This document shows positions 1-13,497 of a stretch of 64,000 nt of DNA, piece by piece. The DNA comes from Pseudomonadota bacterium. GTDB lineage: Bacteria; Pseudomonadota; Gammaproteobacteria; SURF-13. Position 1 is the first letter of the stretch. Each line of letters opens with the position of its first letter. The translations under genes were made by a program, and so were the position numbers. The stretch lies in assembly GCA_041695325.1 (NCBI GenBank), contig JBGFRC010000001.1:7686-71685 (forward strand). Reading direction: 5' to 3'. The notes under the pieces were generated by a model. That model was not told where the DNA came from and made no database searches. It saw nothing but the letters and a program-made list of their open reading frames with translations.

Positions 1-522
1 CTCCAGGTCCAGACATAATCCAGCCAGCTCCAGACGGTGAAAATGAGCGCCAGATAAATCAAACCGCTGATACTCCACTCCGGCAACGGCAGGAGGCTTA
101 GCTTGAGCATCACGGCCAGCACCAGGGTGATCTGCAACACGGTATTGACCTTGCTGATCCGGGTCGGCGCCAGATCAAAAGGGTGGACGGTGTAATGGTA
201 AACCAGCGCGCCGCCGACGATCATCACATCGCGCCCCAGCACCACCGCCACCAGCCAGGCCGGCAACAGGCCGAGCCATGCCAGGGCAATGTAAGCGGAG
301 ACCAGCAATATTTTGTCGGCCAGCGGGTCAAGGATCGAACCCAGGCGGCTCTTCCAGCCGTAACGCTTGGCCAGATAGCCATCGAGGGCGTCGCTCAGGC
401 CCGCCACGCCGAACAGCAGCAGCGCGGTAAAATAGCGTCCATCCGTCAACGCCATGATGAAGGGCGGCACCAGTACGATGCGCACTAGGCTGATAACATT
501 GGGAAGGTTGTTTTTACCCATG
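1..522 (-). CDS. pgsA: CDP-diacylglycerol--glycerol-3-phosphate 3-phosphatidyltransferase; partial, 3' end beyond left window edge
   Basis: Reverse-strand translation from the ATG at 522 gives MGKNNLPNVISLVRIVLVPPFIMALTDGRYF...DALDGYLAKRYG, a CDP-alcohol phosphatidyltransferase signature. The frame is open to position 1. Confidence 0.75.
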
Positions 523-639
523 AACACTCCCGCATTTTAGCAGGGTTTAGGCGTGTGCAGCGCGGGGCTTATAAAGTTGTTTTTTATTTGCAGTCCCTGC
601 GCCAGCCCGATAACATAAACGCCTTCTACAACGTATACC

Positions 640-1701
640 GTGTCCAAGCCCCCCTCAAAAACCTCCCTGCGCTACCAGGACGCCGGCGTCAACATAGACG
701 CGGGCAATGCGTTGGTCGAGCGCATCAAGCCCATCGCGGCGCGCACTGCCCGCCCCGGCCTACTCGCGGGCATCGGCGGTTTCGGCGCGCTGTTCGAGAT
801 CCAGCCCGGACGCTACCGCGAACCGGTGCTGGTCTCGGGCACCGACGGCGTAGGCACCAAGCTCAAGCTCGCCGTCGAGATGGGGCGTCATGACACCATC
901 GGCATTGATCTCGTTGCGATGTGCGTGAACGATGTCATTGTGCAGGGCGCGGAGCCCCTGTTTTTTCTGGATTACTACGCCACCGGCCGGCTCAGCGTGG
1001 AGGTAGCTGCTCAGGTCATCAAAGGCATCGGCGCAGGTTGCGAGCTGGCCGGCGCCGCGCTGGCGGGTGGCGAAACCGCCGAGATGCCGGGCATGTATGC
1101 GGATGGCGATTACGATCTCGCCGGTTTCTGCGTGGGCGTGGTGGAAAAATCGCGCATCGTGGACGGCCGTAAAGTGGCGCCGGGCGACGTGTTGCTCGGA
1201 CTCGCCTCCAGCGGCCCCCACTCCAACGGCTATTCGTTGATCCGCAAAATCATCGAAGTCACCGGCAGCGATCTCACCCTGCCGTTCGATGGCCGCACCC
1301 TGGGCGAGACCCTGCTCACCCCCACGCGCATCTACGTCAAGCCGCTGCTGAAGCTGCTTGACGACGTTGACGTGCACGCCTTGGCGCACATCACCGGCGG
1401 CGGCTTGCTGGAAAATATTCCGCGCGTGCTGCCGCCAACCACCTGCGCGGTGCTTAATCGCAGCGCCTGGACCGCCCCACCTGTCTTTGACTGGCTGCAA
1501 CGGCAGGGCGGTGTCACCGACCATGAGATGTACCGCACCTTCAACTGCGGCGTCGGTATGGTGGTGTGTGTTGCGGCGCAAAACGCCGACGCCGCGATTA
1601 AAACACTTCAAGCGCAAGGCGAAACCGTGTGGCGCATCGGACATATCGAGACGCGCACGGATCCGAACACGGCGCAAGTGGTCATCCAACCGCGCGCATG
1701 A
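640..1701 (+). CDS. purM: phosphoribosylformylglycinamidine cyclo-ligase (AIR synthetase); GTG start
   Basis: 353-aa ORF ...[23 protein letters not shown]... with full-length PurM similarity. Confidence 0.95.
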   Translation: MSKPPSKTSLRYQDAGVNIDAGNALVERIKPIAARTARPGLLAGIGGFGALFEIQPGRYREPVLVSGTDGVGTKLKLAVEMGRHDTIGIDLVAMCVNDVIVQGAEPLFFLDYYATGRLSVEVAAQVIKGIGAGCELAGAALAGGETAEMPGMYADGDYDLAGFCVGVVEKSRIVDGRKVAPGDVLLGLASSGPHSNGYSLIRKIIEVTGSDLTLPFDGRTLGETLLTPTRIYVKPLLKLLDDVDVHALAHITGGGLLENIPRVLPPTTCAVLNRSAWTAPPVFDWLQRQGGVTDHEMYRTFNCGVGMVVCVAAQNADAAIKTLQAQGETVWRIGHIETRTDPNTAQVVIQPRA

Positions 1702-2344
1702 AGCAGGGCGCGCAGCGCAAGCTCCCCGTTGTCATACTCATCTCCGGGCGCGGCAGCAACCTGCGCGCCATCGCCGAGGCGGCGCGTAGTGACCTCCCCA
1801 TCGAAATCCGCGCCGTCATCAGCAACCGCCCCGACGCGCCGGGTCTTGTTTATGCGCGCGAATCCGGCCTACCAGCCGAAGTTCTGGATCACACGCAGTT
1901 TCCAGACCGTGCGGCCTATGATGAGGCGCTGAAAAAACTGATAGACAGCTACGCCCCCGAACTGGTGATACTCGCCGGTTTCATGCGCGTGCTCACACCG
2001 GAATTTGTCGCACACTACCGCGGACGCATGCTCAACATCCACCCCTCCCTGCTCCCCGCCTTCCCCGGCCTGCGCGCCGCCGAGCGCGCGCTCGAAGCGG
2101 GCGCGCGCGAACACGGCGCAAGCGTGCACTTCGTCACGGAAGACGTGGATGGCGGCCCGGTGGTGTTGCAGGCCAGGGTTCCGGTGCTCCCCGGTGACAC
2201 GCCGGAAGCCCTGAACGTGCGCGTGCTGGAAGAGGAACACCGCATTTATCCACGTGCGATACGCTGGTTCGCTGAAGGCAGACTGAAACTGGTTACCGAC
2301 AACCATGGCACCTATGCCACGCTGGACGGTCAAAGACTCAAGCC

Positions 2345-2348
<4 letters not shown>
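1698..2348 (+). CDS. purN: phosphoribosylglycinamide formyltransferase
   Basis: [25 protein letters not shown]...; ATGA overlap with the purM stop. The track ORF starts earlier at an in-frame non-homologous extension. Confidence 0.9.
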
Positions 2349-4349
<2,001 letters not shown>

Positions 4350-5537
4350 TCAATCCCCTGCTGCAATTACTTTCCACACGCCATTTTGTTTTGTCAGCAC
4401 ACGGTCACACTGCATCTCGCGCGCCCCGCCGTCCTGTCCTGGCAAGGCCGTGACCACGCGTTCCCCCTGCGTGCGCAGCTCTGAAACTTTCGCATTCAGC
4501 GCCGCATCATCCGACGCTGGCGCATAAATTCCACGCGCGGCCGAGGGCGCCGCGGGCACGAGGCTGAGCAGGGTTTTGACATCCGTGCTGAAGCCGGTGG
4601 CGGGACGCGCGCGTCCGAACACCTTGCCGACGTCGTCATAGCGTCCGCCTTGCGCCACGGCCTGGCCGTGTCCGGGCACGAAGGCGGCAAACACCACGCC
4701 GGTGTGATAGGCATAGCCGCGCAGCTCGGCCAGATCGAAGTACACGGGCGCAGTGCCGAAGCGCCGTTGCGCGGCTTGTGCGATCACCTTGAGCTTGGCG
4801 AGCGCGTCCATGACCGCTTGCGGCGCGCCGCGCAGACGTTGCTCCGCCTCTTCCAGGATTTCATCCCCGCCGTTCAACTCCGCCAGGCACAGGAGGCGCG
4901 CGTGCTGCTTTTTATCGAGCTTGAGGCGAGCGAGCGCTTGTTCGATCTCCGGCAGCGCCTTGCGTTGCATGGCGTCAAACAGTTCCGACTCCTGTTCGGC
5001 GTCGAGCCCGGCCTCCCCGGCCAGCGCGCGGAAGATGCCGACGTGGCCCAGGTCCACGTGAAAGTCATGGATGCCAGCGGCGCGCAAGGTTTCCACCATC
5101 AGCGCCAGCACCTCGGAGTCGCTCTCAATACCGGCGTGGCCGAACAGCTCCGCGCCCGCCTGCAGCGGGTTGCGCGTGCGCGCGAGCCCGTCGGGCCGGG
5201 TGTGCAGCACACCGCCGAAATAGCACAGGCGCGTAGGGGTGTTGCGCTTCAGATAATGCGCGTCTATGCGCGCCACCTGCGGCGTCATGTCGGCGCTCAC
5301 GCCCATCAGGCGTCCGCTGAGCGGATCGGTGAGCTTGAAGGTTTGCAGGTCGAGATCATTGCCGGCGCCGGTGAGCAGCGCCTCCAGATACTCCACCGGC
5401 GGCGGCACGACCAGCTCGTAACCCCAGCAGCGGAACAAGTCCAGCAGGCGGCGGCGCAATTGCTCCAGGCGCTCCGCTTGCGGCGGCAGCACCTCTTCAA
5501 TACCTTCAGGCAGCAGCCAGCGGTTGGGAATGGACAT
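4350..5537 (-). CDS. hisZ: ATP phosphoribosyltransferase regulatory subunit
   Basis: 395-aa HisRS-like paralog immediately upstream of purA, the conserved hisZ position. Confidence 0.9.
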   Translation of the reverse strand: MSIPNRWLLPEGIEEVLPPQAERLEQLRRRLLDLFRCWGYELVVPPPVEYLEALLTGAGNDLDLQTFKLTDPLSGRLMGVSADMTPQVARIDAHYLKRNTPTRLCYFGGVLHTRPDGLARTRNPLQAGAELFGHAGIESDSEVLALMVETLRAAGIHDFHVDLGHVGIFRALAGEAGLDAEQESELFDAMQRKALPEIEQALARLKLDKKQHARLLCLAELNGGDEILEEAEQRLRGAPQAVMDALAKLKVIAQAAQRRFGTAPVYFDLAELRGYAYHTGVVFAAFVPGHGQAVAQGGRYDDVGKVFGRARPATGFSTDVKTLLSLVPAAPSAARGIYAPASDDAALNAKVSELRTQGERVVTALPGQDGGAREMQCDRVLTKQNGVWKVIAAGD

Positions 5538-5552
5538 GGGGGAATACCGTTA

Positions 5553-5738
5553 TCAGTGCACGATGTAGAGCAAGGCCAGACCGAGCAGCATGCTCACCAG
5601 CCCCGCCATGCGCAGCGCCATGTCGTCCATTTGATTGATCACGTGCAGCAGGCGCCGCACCCAGGCTGGGTTGAGAAACGGCGCGATGCCTTCTATCACC
5701 AGCAGCAGCGCAAGGGCGCTCAGCAGCGTGTCCCACAT
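5553..5738 (-). CDS. DUF2065 family small membrane protein
   Basis: 61-aa hydrophobic protein at the conserved position between hflC and hisZ. Confidence 0.6.
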   Translation of the reverse strand: MWDTLLSALALLLVIEGIAPFLNPAWVRRLLHVINQMDDMALRMAGLVSMLLGLALLYIVH

Positions 5739-5754
5739 CGTCAGGCGCTGCGCG

Positions 5755-6636
5755 TCACGGCTTGCCTTTCCCGTACTGGTCCTTGAAGTATTTAAAGAAC
5801 TCCGAATCGGGGTCTATCACCAGCACGTCGCTCTTGTCGCGGAAGGTGTTTTTATATGCGTTCAGGCTGCGATACAGCGAGTAGAATTCCGCGTCGCTGC
5901 TGAAGGCCCTGGCGTAAATGTTCGCCGCCTGCGCATCGCCTTCGCCGCGGATGCGCTCCGCGTCGCGGTAAGCCTCGGCGATGATCACCGTGCGCTGGCG
6001 GTCGGCGTCGGCCCGGATGAGCTCGGCCGCCTCCGCGCCGCGGGCGCGGAACTCGCGCGCCGCGCGCGCGCGTTCCGCGCGCATGCGGTCATACACCGAG
6101 CTGCTCACCTCCTTGGGCAAATCCACGCGGCGCAGGCGCACGTCCACCACTTCGATGCCCAATTCCCTGGCCTGCTCGGTAGCCTCCCGCTTTACGATAT
6201 CTATAAGTTGCGCGCGGTCACCGGACACCACGTCCTGCAGGGTGCGCTTGGCGAATTCGCCGCGCAGGCCCTTTTTGATGATCTGGAACAGGTTGGCCCC
6301 GGCGCGCGCCGGATCGCCGCCGGTGGCGGTGTAGAAGCGCGCCACGTCCACGATGCGCCACTTGACGTAGGAGTCCACCAGCACGCTCTTCTTCTCCACC
6401 GTGAGATAGTCCTCCGGCTCGGCGTCCAGCGTCTGGATGCGCGCGTCGAATTTGCGCACGTTATAAAGTATCGGCACCATGGCATAGAGGCCCGGTTTGA
6501 AATCGGTGCGCACGATCTCGCCCAGGCGGAACAGGATGGCGCGCTCGCGCTGATGCACGGTGAATAACGAGGCATAGGCCAGGATCAGCGCCCCGACCAC
6601 GGCGATAATGGTCCACATCTTCTGGTTTTCGCTCAT
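5755..6636 (-). CDS. hflC: protease modulator HflC
   Basis: SPFH/band-7 protein MSENQKMWTIIAVVGALILAY...; follows hflK. Confidence 0.95.
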   Translation of the reverse strand: MSENQKMWTIIAVVGALILAYASLFTVHQRERAILFRLGEIVRTDFKPGLYAMVPILYNVRKFDARIQTLDAEPEDYLTVEKKSVLVDSYVKWRIVDVARFYTATGGDPARAGANLFQIIKKGLRGEFAKRTLQDVVSGDRAQLIDIVKREATEQARELGIEVVDVRLRRVDLPKEVSSSVYDRMRAERARAAREFRARGAEAAELIRADADRQRTVIIAEAYRDAERIRGEGDAQAANIYARAFSSDAEFYSLYRSLNAYKNTFRDKSDVLVIDPDSEFFKYFKDQYGKGKP

Positions 6637-7817
6637 CAGCGTCCTCCCCGCTCACGCGTGCGTTCACGCGGGTCGCTGGGCTGCGCCGCCGCGTCCCGCC
6701 CCTCCTGGATTGGGGTCTGGGCGGCGGCCGGCGGCAACAGCTGCTCCAGTGTCTTGTCGGCGGGCGCGCCGCCCAGGCGGTCAAGCGGCAGGTACAACAG
6801 GTTGCCACTGCCCTTGACATCCACCATCACCTTCCCCGCGCTGGCGAGCACGGATTCCACCGCCTCCAGATATAACCGCTCGCGCGTCACCGCGGGCGCC
6901 TTGCGGTACTCGCCAAGCACCTGCATAAAGCGGCTTCCCTCGCCCGTGGCTTGGGCGATCACCTGCGATTTATAGGCCTCGGCCTCCTGCAGCTGACGCG
7001 ACGCTGAGCCGCGCGCCACCGGCACGATGCCATTGGCGTACGTATGCGCCTCGTTGATCAGGCGCTGCTCGTCTTCACGCGAACGCACCACGTCCAGAAA
7101 CGCGTCGCGCACCTCCGCCGGTGCGGTGGCCTGCTGCATGTTGACGCTGGTCACCTGCAGGCCGGTGCCGTAGCGGTCCAGGATATCCTGCATCAGCATC
7201 TCGAGTTGCGGCTCGATCTCCTTGCGGCCCTCGGCGATAACCAAATCCATGTTGCTCTTGCCGACGATTTCACGCACCGCGCTCTCCGTGACCCGGAGCA
7301 GGGTGGCGTCCGGATCGCGCACATTGAACAGATAGGCAGTCGCATCCTTGATCTTGTATTGCACGGCAAGCTTGAGGTCTACGATGTTTTCGTCCCTGGT
7401 CAGGATCAGCGACCCGCTGTTGCCGCCGTCGGTTCCGCCGCGCATGCCGATCTCCACGCGCTTGATCTGGTCCACGTTCACCACCTCGACCCTTTCGATG
7501 GGATAAGGCCAGTGCCAATGCGGCCCGGGCAGGGTGGTCACGGTGTATTCGCCGAAACGAACCTCCACACCGCGCTCGGCGGGATCTATGATGTAAATGC
7601 CGGAGAGCAGCCAGACAACCAGGACCACGCCGCCTATCAGCGAAGCGCTGCGGGCGTTCACGCCGCCCGGGGCACCGCCGCCCTTGCCGCCGCCAAACAG
7701 GGCGCTCAATTTTTTCTGGAAACGGCGCAGCATTTCATCCAGGTCGGGCGGCCCGCTCGCGCCGCCGCGCCCGCCCCAGGGGTCCTTGCTGCCGCCACCC
7801 GGTTCATTCCAGGCCAT
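6636..7817 (-). CDS. hflK: FtsH protease activity modulator HflK
   Basis: Gly-rich N-terminus then SPFH domain; conserved hflX-hflK-hflC order. Confidence 0.95.
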   Translation of the reverse strand: MAWNEPGGGSKDPWGGRGGASGPPDLDEMLRRFQKKLSALFGGGKGGGAPGGVNARSASLIGGVVLVVWLLSGIYIIDPAERGVEVRFGEYTVTTLPGPHWHWPYPIERVEVVNVDQIKRVEIGMRGGTDGGNSGSLILTRDENIVDLKLAVQYKIKDATAYLFNVRDPDATLLRVTESAVREIVGKSNMDLVIAEGRKEIEPQLEMLMQDILDRYGTGLQVTSVNMQQATAPAEVRDAFLDVVRSREDEQRLINEAHTYANGIVPVARGSASRQLQEAEAYKSQVIAQATGEGSRFMQVLGEYRKAPAVTRERLYLEAVESVLASAGKVMVDVKGSGNLLYLPLDRLGGAPADKTLEQLLPPAAAQTPIQEGRDAAAQPSDPRERTRERGGR

Positions 7818-7851
7818 AATGCGTTCCTCGTTGTGTTCGCTTCACCATCAG

Positions 7852-9051
7852 TTATGAAACCGCGGCCGGCTGATGATCTTCAAGCCCGGTCATTTCACGT
7901 TCATAGTAGCTTGCAGTGCGTTGTCCGGCTGCGTGCTCGGCCAGCGCCAGGCGCAGCAGGTCCAGTCCCGCGCCGCTTGCGGCGGAGACCCAGACCCGCT
8001 TTATGCTTCCGTCACGGTTACGCTCCAGACGCGGAGCGCTATTTTCCAGCAGATCAATCTTGTTGTACACCTCAATCTGGGGAACGGCCTGTGCGCCGAT
8101 CTCGTGCAGCACCTGATTGACTTGTTCGCGGCGCTCCTGATGCCGGGGGTCGCCGGCGTCCATCACGTGCAGCAGCAGGCTCGCCAGGCGCGTTTCTTCC
8201 AGCGTGGCGCGAAACGCCGCCACCAGGTCATGCGGCAGATCGCGGATGAAGCCCACGGTGTCGGCGAGAATCACGGGCGCGTCGCCCGGCAGCTCAACGC
8301 GGCGCAGCGTAGGGTCGAGGGTGGCGAATAATTGATCGGCAGCGTACACCCTGGCCCCGGTGAGGGCGTTAAACAGGGTGGATTTGCCGGCATTGGTGTA
8401 ACCCACCAGCGACACCGTGGGCAGCGCGGCCTTGCCACGCCGCTTGCGGCCCTGCGCGCGTTGCTGCTGTACCTTGTGCAGGCGTTTCTGCACTTGTTTG
8501 ATGCGCTCGGCGATCTGGCGCCGGTCGCTTTCAAGCTGGGTTTCACCGGGGCCGCCGCGCAGGCCGATACCGCCCTTTTGCCGCTCCAAGTGGGCCCAGC
8601 CGCGCACCAGCCGCGTCGAGATGTGCTGTAGCTGGGCAAGCTCCACTTGCAGTTTCCCTTCGTGGGTCCGGGCGCGGCGAGCAAAGATGTCCAGTATCAG
8701 TCCGGTGCGATCCAGCACGCGGCAATTGAGCAGGCGCTGCAGGTTGCGTTCCTGGGACGGACTCAGCTCGTGATTGAACACCGCCACCGCCGCCTGCTCA
8801 CGCGCGACTGCATCGCGTATTTCCTCGGCCTTGCCGCTGCCGGCGTAGTATTGCGGATCGGGTTTCTTGCGCGTCCCGCCGATTGAGGCCACCGGGACGA
8901 CGCCCGCCGAACGCGCCAGTTCATGCAATTCGGCGAGCTCGGCGGCGTGGTCCCGCGCCCCGTTCAAGCCGGGCCCTGCTCCGTGCAGGTCGAGATGCAC
9001 CAGCACCGCCCGTTCCGCCTTCAGCGGGCGGCCACGCGCACGGTCAAACAA
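7852..9051 (-). CDS. hflX: GTPase HflX
   Basis: G-domain motifs GYTNAGKSTLFNALT and DTVGF; downstream of hfq. Confidence 0.95.
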   Translation of the reverse strand: MFDRARGRPLKAERAVLVHLDLHGAGPGLNGARDHAAELAELHELARSAGVVPVASIGGTRKKPDPQYYAGSGKAEEIRDAVAREQAAVAVFNHELSPSQERNLQRLLNCRVLDRTGLILDIFARRARTHEGKLQVELAQLQHISTRLVRGWAHLERQKGGIGLRGGPGETQLESDRRQIAERIKQVQKRLHKVQQQRAQGRKRRGKAALPTVSLVGYTNAGKSTLFNALTGARVYAADQLFATLDPTLRRVELPGDAPVILADTVGFIRDLPHDLVAAFRATLEETRLASLLLHVMDAGDPRHQERREQVNQVLHEIGAQAVPQIEVYNKIDLLENSAPRLERNRDGSIKRVWVSAASGAGLDLLRLALAEHAAGQRTASYYEREMTGLEDHQPAAVS

Positions 9052-9082
9052 TCACGCCCCCCTCATTGATTGCACACCGGAA

Positions 9083-9331
9083 TCAATCACCGTCATCCGC
9101 TTTGTCCATCTCGGCGAGAGGCAATTTGATATTGCGTGTGGGCACCACCGTGGAGATGGCGTGCTTGTAGACCATCTGGCTGACGGCATTCTTGAGCAGC
9201 ACCACAAACTGATCAAATGATTCAATCTGCCCCTGCAGCTTGATGCCGTTGGTGAGATAGATTGAAACCGGTACGCCTTCTTTGCGCAGGGTGTTTAAAA
9301 ATGGGTCCTGCAGTGATTTGCCTTTGGTCAT
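9083..9331 (-). CDS. hfq: RNA chaperone Hfq
   Basis: [46 protein letters not shown]..., the Sm-like Hfq signature. Confidence 0.97.
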   Translation of the reverse strand: MTKGKSLQDPFLNTLRKEGVPVSIYLTNGIKLQGQIESFDQFVVLLKNAVSQMVYKHAISTVVPTRNIKLPLAEMDKADDGD

Positions 9332-9380
9332 TCGTCACCCTCCTTTTGTCGTTTTCATGTCAGGGTCACCGGGAAAGCTG

Positions 9381-10310
9381 TTAGATTGCGGCATCCGTAC
9401 AATAGTTCAATACTTTGGTCAAGACATTTGCGTCCAGGCCGTCAAACCACGTCACGCCCGGCTCCGCGCGCAGCCAGGTAAGCTGGCGCTTCGCCAGTTG
9501 GCGTGTAGCTATAATAGCGCGTTTTGCCATCTCCTCGCAATCAAACTCCCCTTGCAGATGCCGCCATACCTGGCGGTAGCCGACCGCGCGCAGGGCCGGC
9601 GTATCCAGGCTCAAATCCCTGCGCTGTTTAAGGTTTTTCACTTCTTCAATCAGACCGCGCCGCAGCATGTCATGAAAGCGCGCGGCGATGCGTTCGTGCA
9701 GTGCCGCGCGCCGGACGGGCGCAAGGGCGATTTTCTGAATCTGGTAAGGCAACGCGGCGCGCGAGGCCGCGCGGTGCAGTTCGCTCATCGGCGAGCCGCG
9801 CAGTTCGCAAACCTCCAGCGCGCGCTGGATGCGCTGCGCGTCGTTGGGATGGATGCGCGCGGCGGAGACGGGGTCCAGCCGAGCCAGGCGTGCATGCAGC
9901 GCCGCCCAGCCGTGTTGTCCGGCCTCGGCGGTCAGGCGCGCGCGCAGGACGGGATCGGCGCCTGGCAGGTCCGCGAGACCTTGCTCCAGCGCCCGGAAAT
10001 ACAAGAGGGTGCCGCCCACCAGCAGCGGAATACGCCCGCGCCGCGCGATCTGCTCCATCTCGCGCAGCGCATCCAGGCGGAACTGCGCCGCCGAATAAGC
10101 TTCGGCCGGATCGCGGATATCTATCAAGCGATGCGGGGCGCGCGCCAATGTTTCGGGCGGCGGCTTGGCGGTGCCGATGTCCATGCCGCGGTACACCATG
10201 CCGGAGTCCACGCTGATGATGTCGCACGGCAGCCGCTCGGCCAAACTCAACGCAAGCTCGGTCTTGCCGGAGGCGGTCGGCCCCATTAAAAAGATGGCGG
10301 GTGGCAACAT
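9381..10310 (-). CDS. miaA: tRNA dimethylallyltransferase
   Basis: P-loop [10 protein letters not shown]; start placed at internal Met [17 protein letters not shown] (complement of 10308-10310). The longer track ORF would overlap mutL by 76 nt. Confidence 0.9.
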   Translation of the reverse strand: MLPPAIFLMGPTASGKTELALSLAERLPCDIISVDSGMVYRGMDIGTAKPPPETLARAPHRLIDIRDPAEAYSAAQFRLDALREMEQIARRGRIPLLVGGTLLYFRALEQGLADLPGADPVLRARLTAEAGQHGWAALHARLARLDPVSAARIHPNDAQRIQRALEVCELRGSPMSELHRAASRAALPYQIQKIALAPVRRAALHERIAARFHDMLRRGLIEEVKNLKQRRDLSLDTPALRAVGYRQVWRHLQGEFDCEEMAKRAIIATRQLAKRQLTWLRAEPGVTWFDGLDANVLTKVLNYCTDAAI

Positions 10311-10360
10311 AACATGCAGGTGCGAATTGATTCGCGCTTGAAGGCCGAATAAATCCGGCC

Positions 10361-12154
10361 TTACCGCCCCCTCATGAACAGCTTGTCCAGCGCCGTCATA
10401 TCGAGCTGCACCCAGGTAGGGCGGCCGTGGTTGCACTGGTTGCTGCGCGAGGTAGCTTCCATATCGCGCAGCAGTGCGTTCATCTCCGCAATGCTGAGCT
10501 TGCGTCGCGCGCGCACCGCGGTGTGACAGGCCATGCCCGCCAGGATTTCGTTCATCTGTTCACCCGGGCGCGCGCTGGTTCCGTACGCGGCAATGTCCGC
10601 CAGCGCGTCGCGCAGCAGCGCGGCGGCGTCCGCGTCGCCGAGCAGCGCCGGGACCTGGCGGATCAGGAGCGCCTCCGGCCCGGCTCGGCTGATTTCAAAA
10701 CCCAGTTTGTTTAACAGCGCGCCGTGCCGCTCCGCGAGCTCGGCCTCATGCTCGCTCACGTTCACGCTGACCGGCACCAGCAGCGGTTGCGCGCGCACGC
10801 CTTCGCCTTGCAGCGCCTGCTTCAGGCGTTCATACACCACGCGCTCGTGCGCGGCGTGCATGTCCACCAGCACCAGGCCGCTCTTGTTCTCGGCCAGGAT
10901 ATAGATGCCCTGTAATTGCGCCAGCGCATAACCCAGCGGCGGCATATCTTGCGGTGCGGCGGCTTCCCGTATCGGCTCCAACGACGGCATGCCGTGCAAA
11001 ATGTTGTAGGCGCTGATCTGCTCACGCACCTGTGATGCGTTGGGGTGCAGCGGCATGGCGGTTTGCTGCGCGTGTTGCACATGGAACGCGGCTGCCGGCG
11101 GCGCGGCGGAAACGGTCTGGCCCGCGCGCGTCCCGGCCAGTGCCTGCTGCACGGCGCGATACAGAAAATCGTGCGCCAGACGCGCGGTGCGAAAACGCAC
11201 TTCATGCTTGGCCGGATGAACGTTCACATCCACCTCTTCCGGCGGCAGGATAAAGTAGAGCACATAGGCCGGGTGGCGCCCCTGATACAGCACGCCCTGG
11301 TAAGCCTGGCGCAGCGCGTGGCTCACCAGCTTGTCGCGGATCAGGCGCCCGTTGAGATAAAAATACTGCATGTCAGCCTGGCTGCGCGAGAAGGTGGGCA
11401 GGCTGATCCAGCCTCTCACGCGCAACGGCCCGGCCCCGAATTCCATGCCGAGCGCCTGCGCCATGAAACTCTCTCCGCACAGCGCGGCCACGCGCCGCTC
11501 TATTCCTTCCTCGGCGCGCAACGTGAACACCGTGCGCTCGTGGTGGCGCAGCGTGAAGTCCGTATCGGCGCGCGACAAGGCCAGGCGCTTGACCGTCTCG
11601 TGCAGGTGCTCAAACTCGGTCTGCTCGCTCCTGAGAAACTTGCGCCGCGCGGGAATGTTATAAAACAGATCGCGCACCTCCACCGTGGTGCCGACGGGGT
11701 GCGGCGTAGGACGCGGCGCGCCGGTTTCGCCGCCGGCGATGGTCCAGCCGTTGGCGTCTTCCGCGCTGCGCGAGGCGAGTGTAAGACGTGACACGGAACA
11801 GATGCTGGGCAGCGCCTCGCCGCGGAAGCCGAGGCTCTGGACCCGTTCCAGGTCGCCCAAGGTTTGTATTTTGCTGGTGGCGTGACGGCTCAGGGCCAAG
11901 GCTAGATCGTTCCTGCGGATACCGCAGCCGTCGTCGCGCACCCGCATCAGGCGCATGCCGCCCTGCTCCACTTCGATTTCGATCCGGCGCGCGCCCGCGT
12001 CCAGGCTGTTCTCCAGCAACTCTTTCATAACCGAAGCCGGGCGCTCCACCACCTCACCGGCGGCGATCTGGCCTATGAGCACATCGGGCAGGCGCTGTAT
12101 GCGTGGAATTTCCGACAACGGTGTACCTCTTGGTAAGGCCGCTTTGACCCTCAC
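10361..12154 (-). CDS. mutL: DNA mismatch repair endonuclease MutL
   Basis: GHKL ATPase motif [27 protein letters not shown], 597 aa. Confidence 0.95.
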   Translation of the reverse strand: MRVKAALPRGTPLSEIPRIQRLPDVLIGQIAAGEVVERPASVMKELLENSLDAGARRIEIEVEQGGMRLMRVRDDGCGIRRNDLALALSRHATSKIQTLGDLERVQSLGFRGEALPSICSVSRLTLASRSAEDANGWTIAGGETGAPRPTPHPVGTTVEVRDLFYNIPARRKFLRSEQTEFEHLHETVKRLALSRADTDFTLRHHERTVFTLRAEEGIERRVAALCGESFMAQALGMEFGAGPLRVRGWISLPTFSRSQADMQYFYLNGRLIRDKLVSHALRQAYQGVLYQGRHPAYVLYFILPPEEVDVNVHPAKHEVRFRTARLAHDFLYRAVQQALAGTRAGQTVSAAPPAAAFHVQHAQQTAMPLHPNASQVREQISAYNILHGMPSLEPIREAAAPQDMPPLGYALAQLQGIYILAENKSGLVLVDMHAAHERVVYERLKQALQGEGVRAQPLLVPVSVNVSEHEAELAERHGALLNKLGFEISRAGPEALLIRQVPALLGDADAAALLRDALADIAAYGTSARPGEQMNEILAGMACHTAVRARRKLSIAEMNALLRDMEATSRSNQCNHGRPTWVQLDMTALDKLFMRGR

Positions 12155-12203
12155 AGTATAAGGTCAAATCTCCCGCTTTCTAAGAGGCATATTCGGTAGA
12201 CTG

Positions 12204-13412
12204 TTACAGACGGCGCGCGGAAGTATTCGGACCTTCCTCCTGCGCCACGGTGCGCCGGTGCTGGGCCTCCTCGGCCAGCACCGTACCGGGCGGGGCCTTG
12301 CGGGCGAAATACTCACGCACTCCTTTCATCACGGCTTGTGCGAACTTTTCCTGGCGGCGAGGATCGCGCAACTTTTTTTCTTCAAGCGGATTGGAGATAA
12401 ATGCGGTCTCGACCAGAACGGACGGCACGTCCGGCGACTTCAGCACCACGAACCCGGCCTGCTGTACTTGCGGTTTGTGCAGGTCGCCCACGGCGCCCAG
12501 CTCTTTCAATATACTGGACGCCACGTCGTGACTGGCCTCTATCGTCGCAGTCTGCGACAGGTCGAGCAGCACCGAGGCAAGCAAATCGTCCTTGTCGTCC
12601 AGGCTCACGCCCCCCACGAGATCAGCGGCGTTTTCGCGTTCAGCGAGCCAGTGCGCGACCTCGCTGGTGGCGCCGCGTTCAGACAGGGTAAACACCGAGG
12701 ATCCGCGCGCTTCGGGGCGGAGAAAGGCGTCGGCGTGTATGGACACGAATAGATCGGCCTTGTGTTCGCGCGCCTTGTGGATACGCCCGCGCAGGCTCAC
12801 ATAATAATCGCCGTCGCGCGTGAGCACCGCCTTCATGCCGCGCTCCTGGTTGACAAGCGCGGCGAGCTTGCGCGCAATGGCGAGCGTGACGTCCTTTTCC
12901 CTGGTGCCGCGCTTGCCAAGCGCCCCGGGGTCCTCGCCACCATGACCGGCGTCTATCGCCACCACCACGTCGCGCAACGGCGCAGTGGGCTTGGTTTCAC
13001 GCGGCGGCTCCACGACGGCCTTAGCCGTCGCGGCGGGATACAAGTCCACCACCAGACGGTGGCCGTATTGTTTGTAAGGCTTGAGGGTAAAACTCTTGGC
13101 CTCGACGCCAGGCTTGAGTTGCAGCGTGAAGAGAGTGCCGTCCAGGGCGGGCAGGCTTTCGATTTTACTGAGCAGACCCTTCTTACCGTCATAGGCGGGC
13201 AGCGGATTAAGCAGCCGCGCGTCGCTGATCCGGATTTCAATCCGGCCGGTCTGCTGGGTGAGTTGATACTCTACCGGTCCGCTCAGGTCCAGCACCAAAC
13301 GGGTGTTGTCGGGGGCGGGCCAAATGCGCACGCCCTGAATGTCCACCGGCGCGGCGGCCAGTGGCATCACCGTGACCATCAGCATCAACGCTACGCCCAA
13401 GCGTCTCATCAT
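12204..13412 (-). CDS. amiB: N-acetylmuramoyl-L-alanine amidase (AMIN domain plus Amidase_3)
   Basis: Signal peptide, AMIN domain, amidase_3 core; position between tsaE and mutL as in the E. coli amiB locus. Confidence 0.9.
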   Translation of the reverse strand: MMRRLGVALMLMVTVMPLAAAPVDIQGVRIWPAPDNTRLVLDLSGPVEYQLTQQTGRIEIRISDARLLNPLPAYDGKKGLLSKIESLPALDGTLFTLQLKPGVEAKSFTLKPYKQYGHRLVVDLYPAATAKAVVEPPRETKPTAPLRDVVVAIDAGHGGEDPGALGKRGTREKDVTLAIARKLAALVNQERGMKAVLTRDGDYYVSLRGRIHKAREHKADLFVSIHADAFLRPEARGSSVFTLSERGATSEVAHWLAERENAADLVGGVSLDDKDDLLASVLLDLSQTATIEASHDVASSILKELGAVGDLHKPQVQQAGFVVLKSPDVPSVLVETAFISNPLEEKKLRDPRRQEKFAQAVMKGVREYFARKAPPGTVLAEEAQHRRTVAQEEGPNTSARRL

Positions 13413-13497
13413 CCTGCTCCCAGCCAGGGTTTGCGTCAGCCTACTCTATAAAAAAATATTTTGCAACTATTTTATATGGTTACAGTTTAAACTTCGA

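Noticed and set aside
760-1689. Many long ORFs in the track that run antisense to, or out of frame within, well-supported genes. Examples: 760..1689 minus inside purM; 3229..4152 minus and 3480..4484 plus inside purA; 4650..5786 plus inside hisZ; 7044..8120 plus inside hflK; 9282..10289 plus inside miaA; 24117..25145 plus; 45762..46880 minus inside hypD; 54260..55531 minus inside hsdR.
   Set aside because: About 65% GC DNA yields long stop-free frames on all strands. These have Arg/Ala/Pro/Gly-rich low-complexity translations, no recognisable domains, and fully overlap genes with clear homology.
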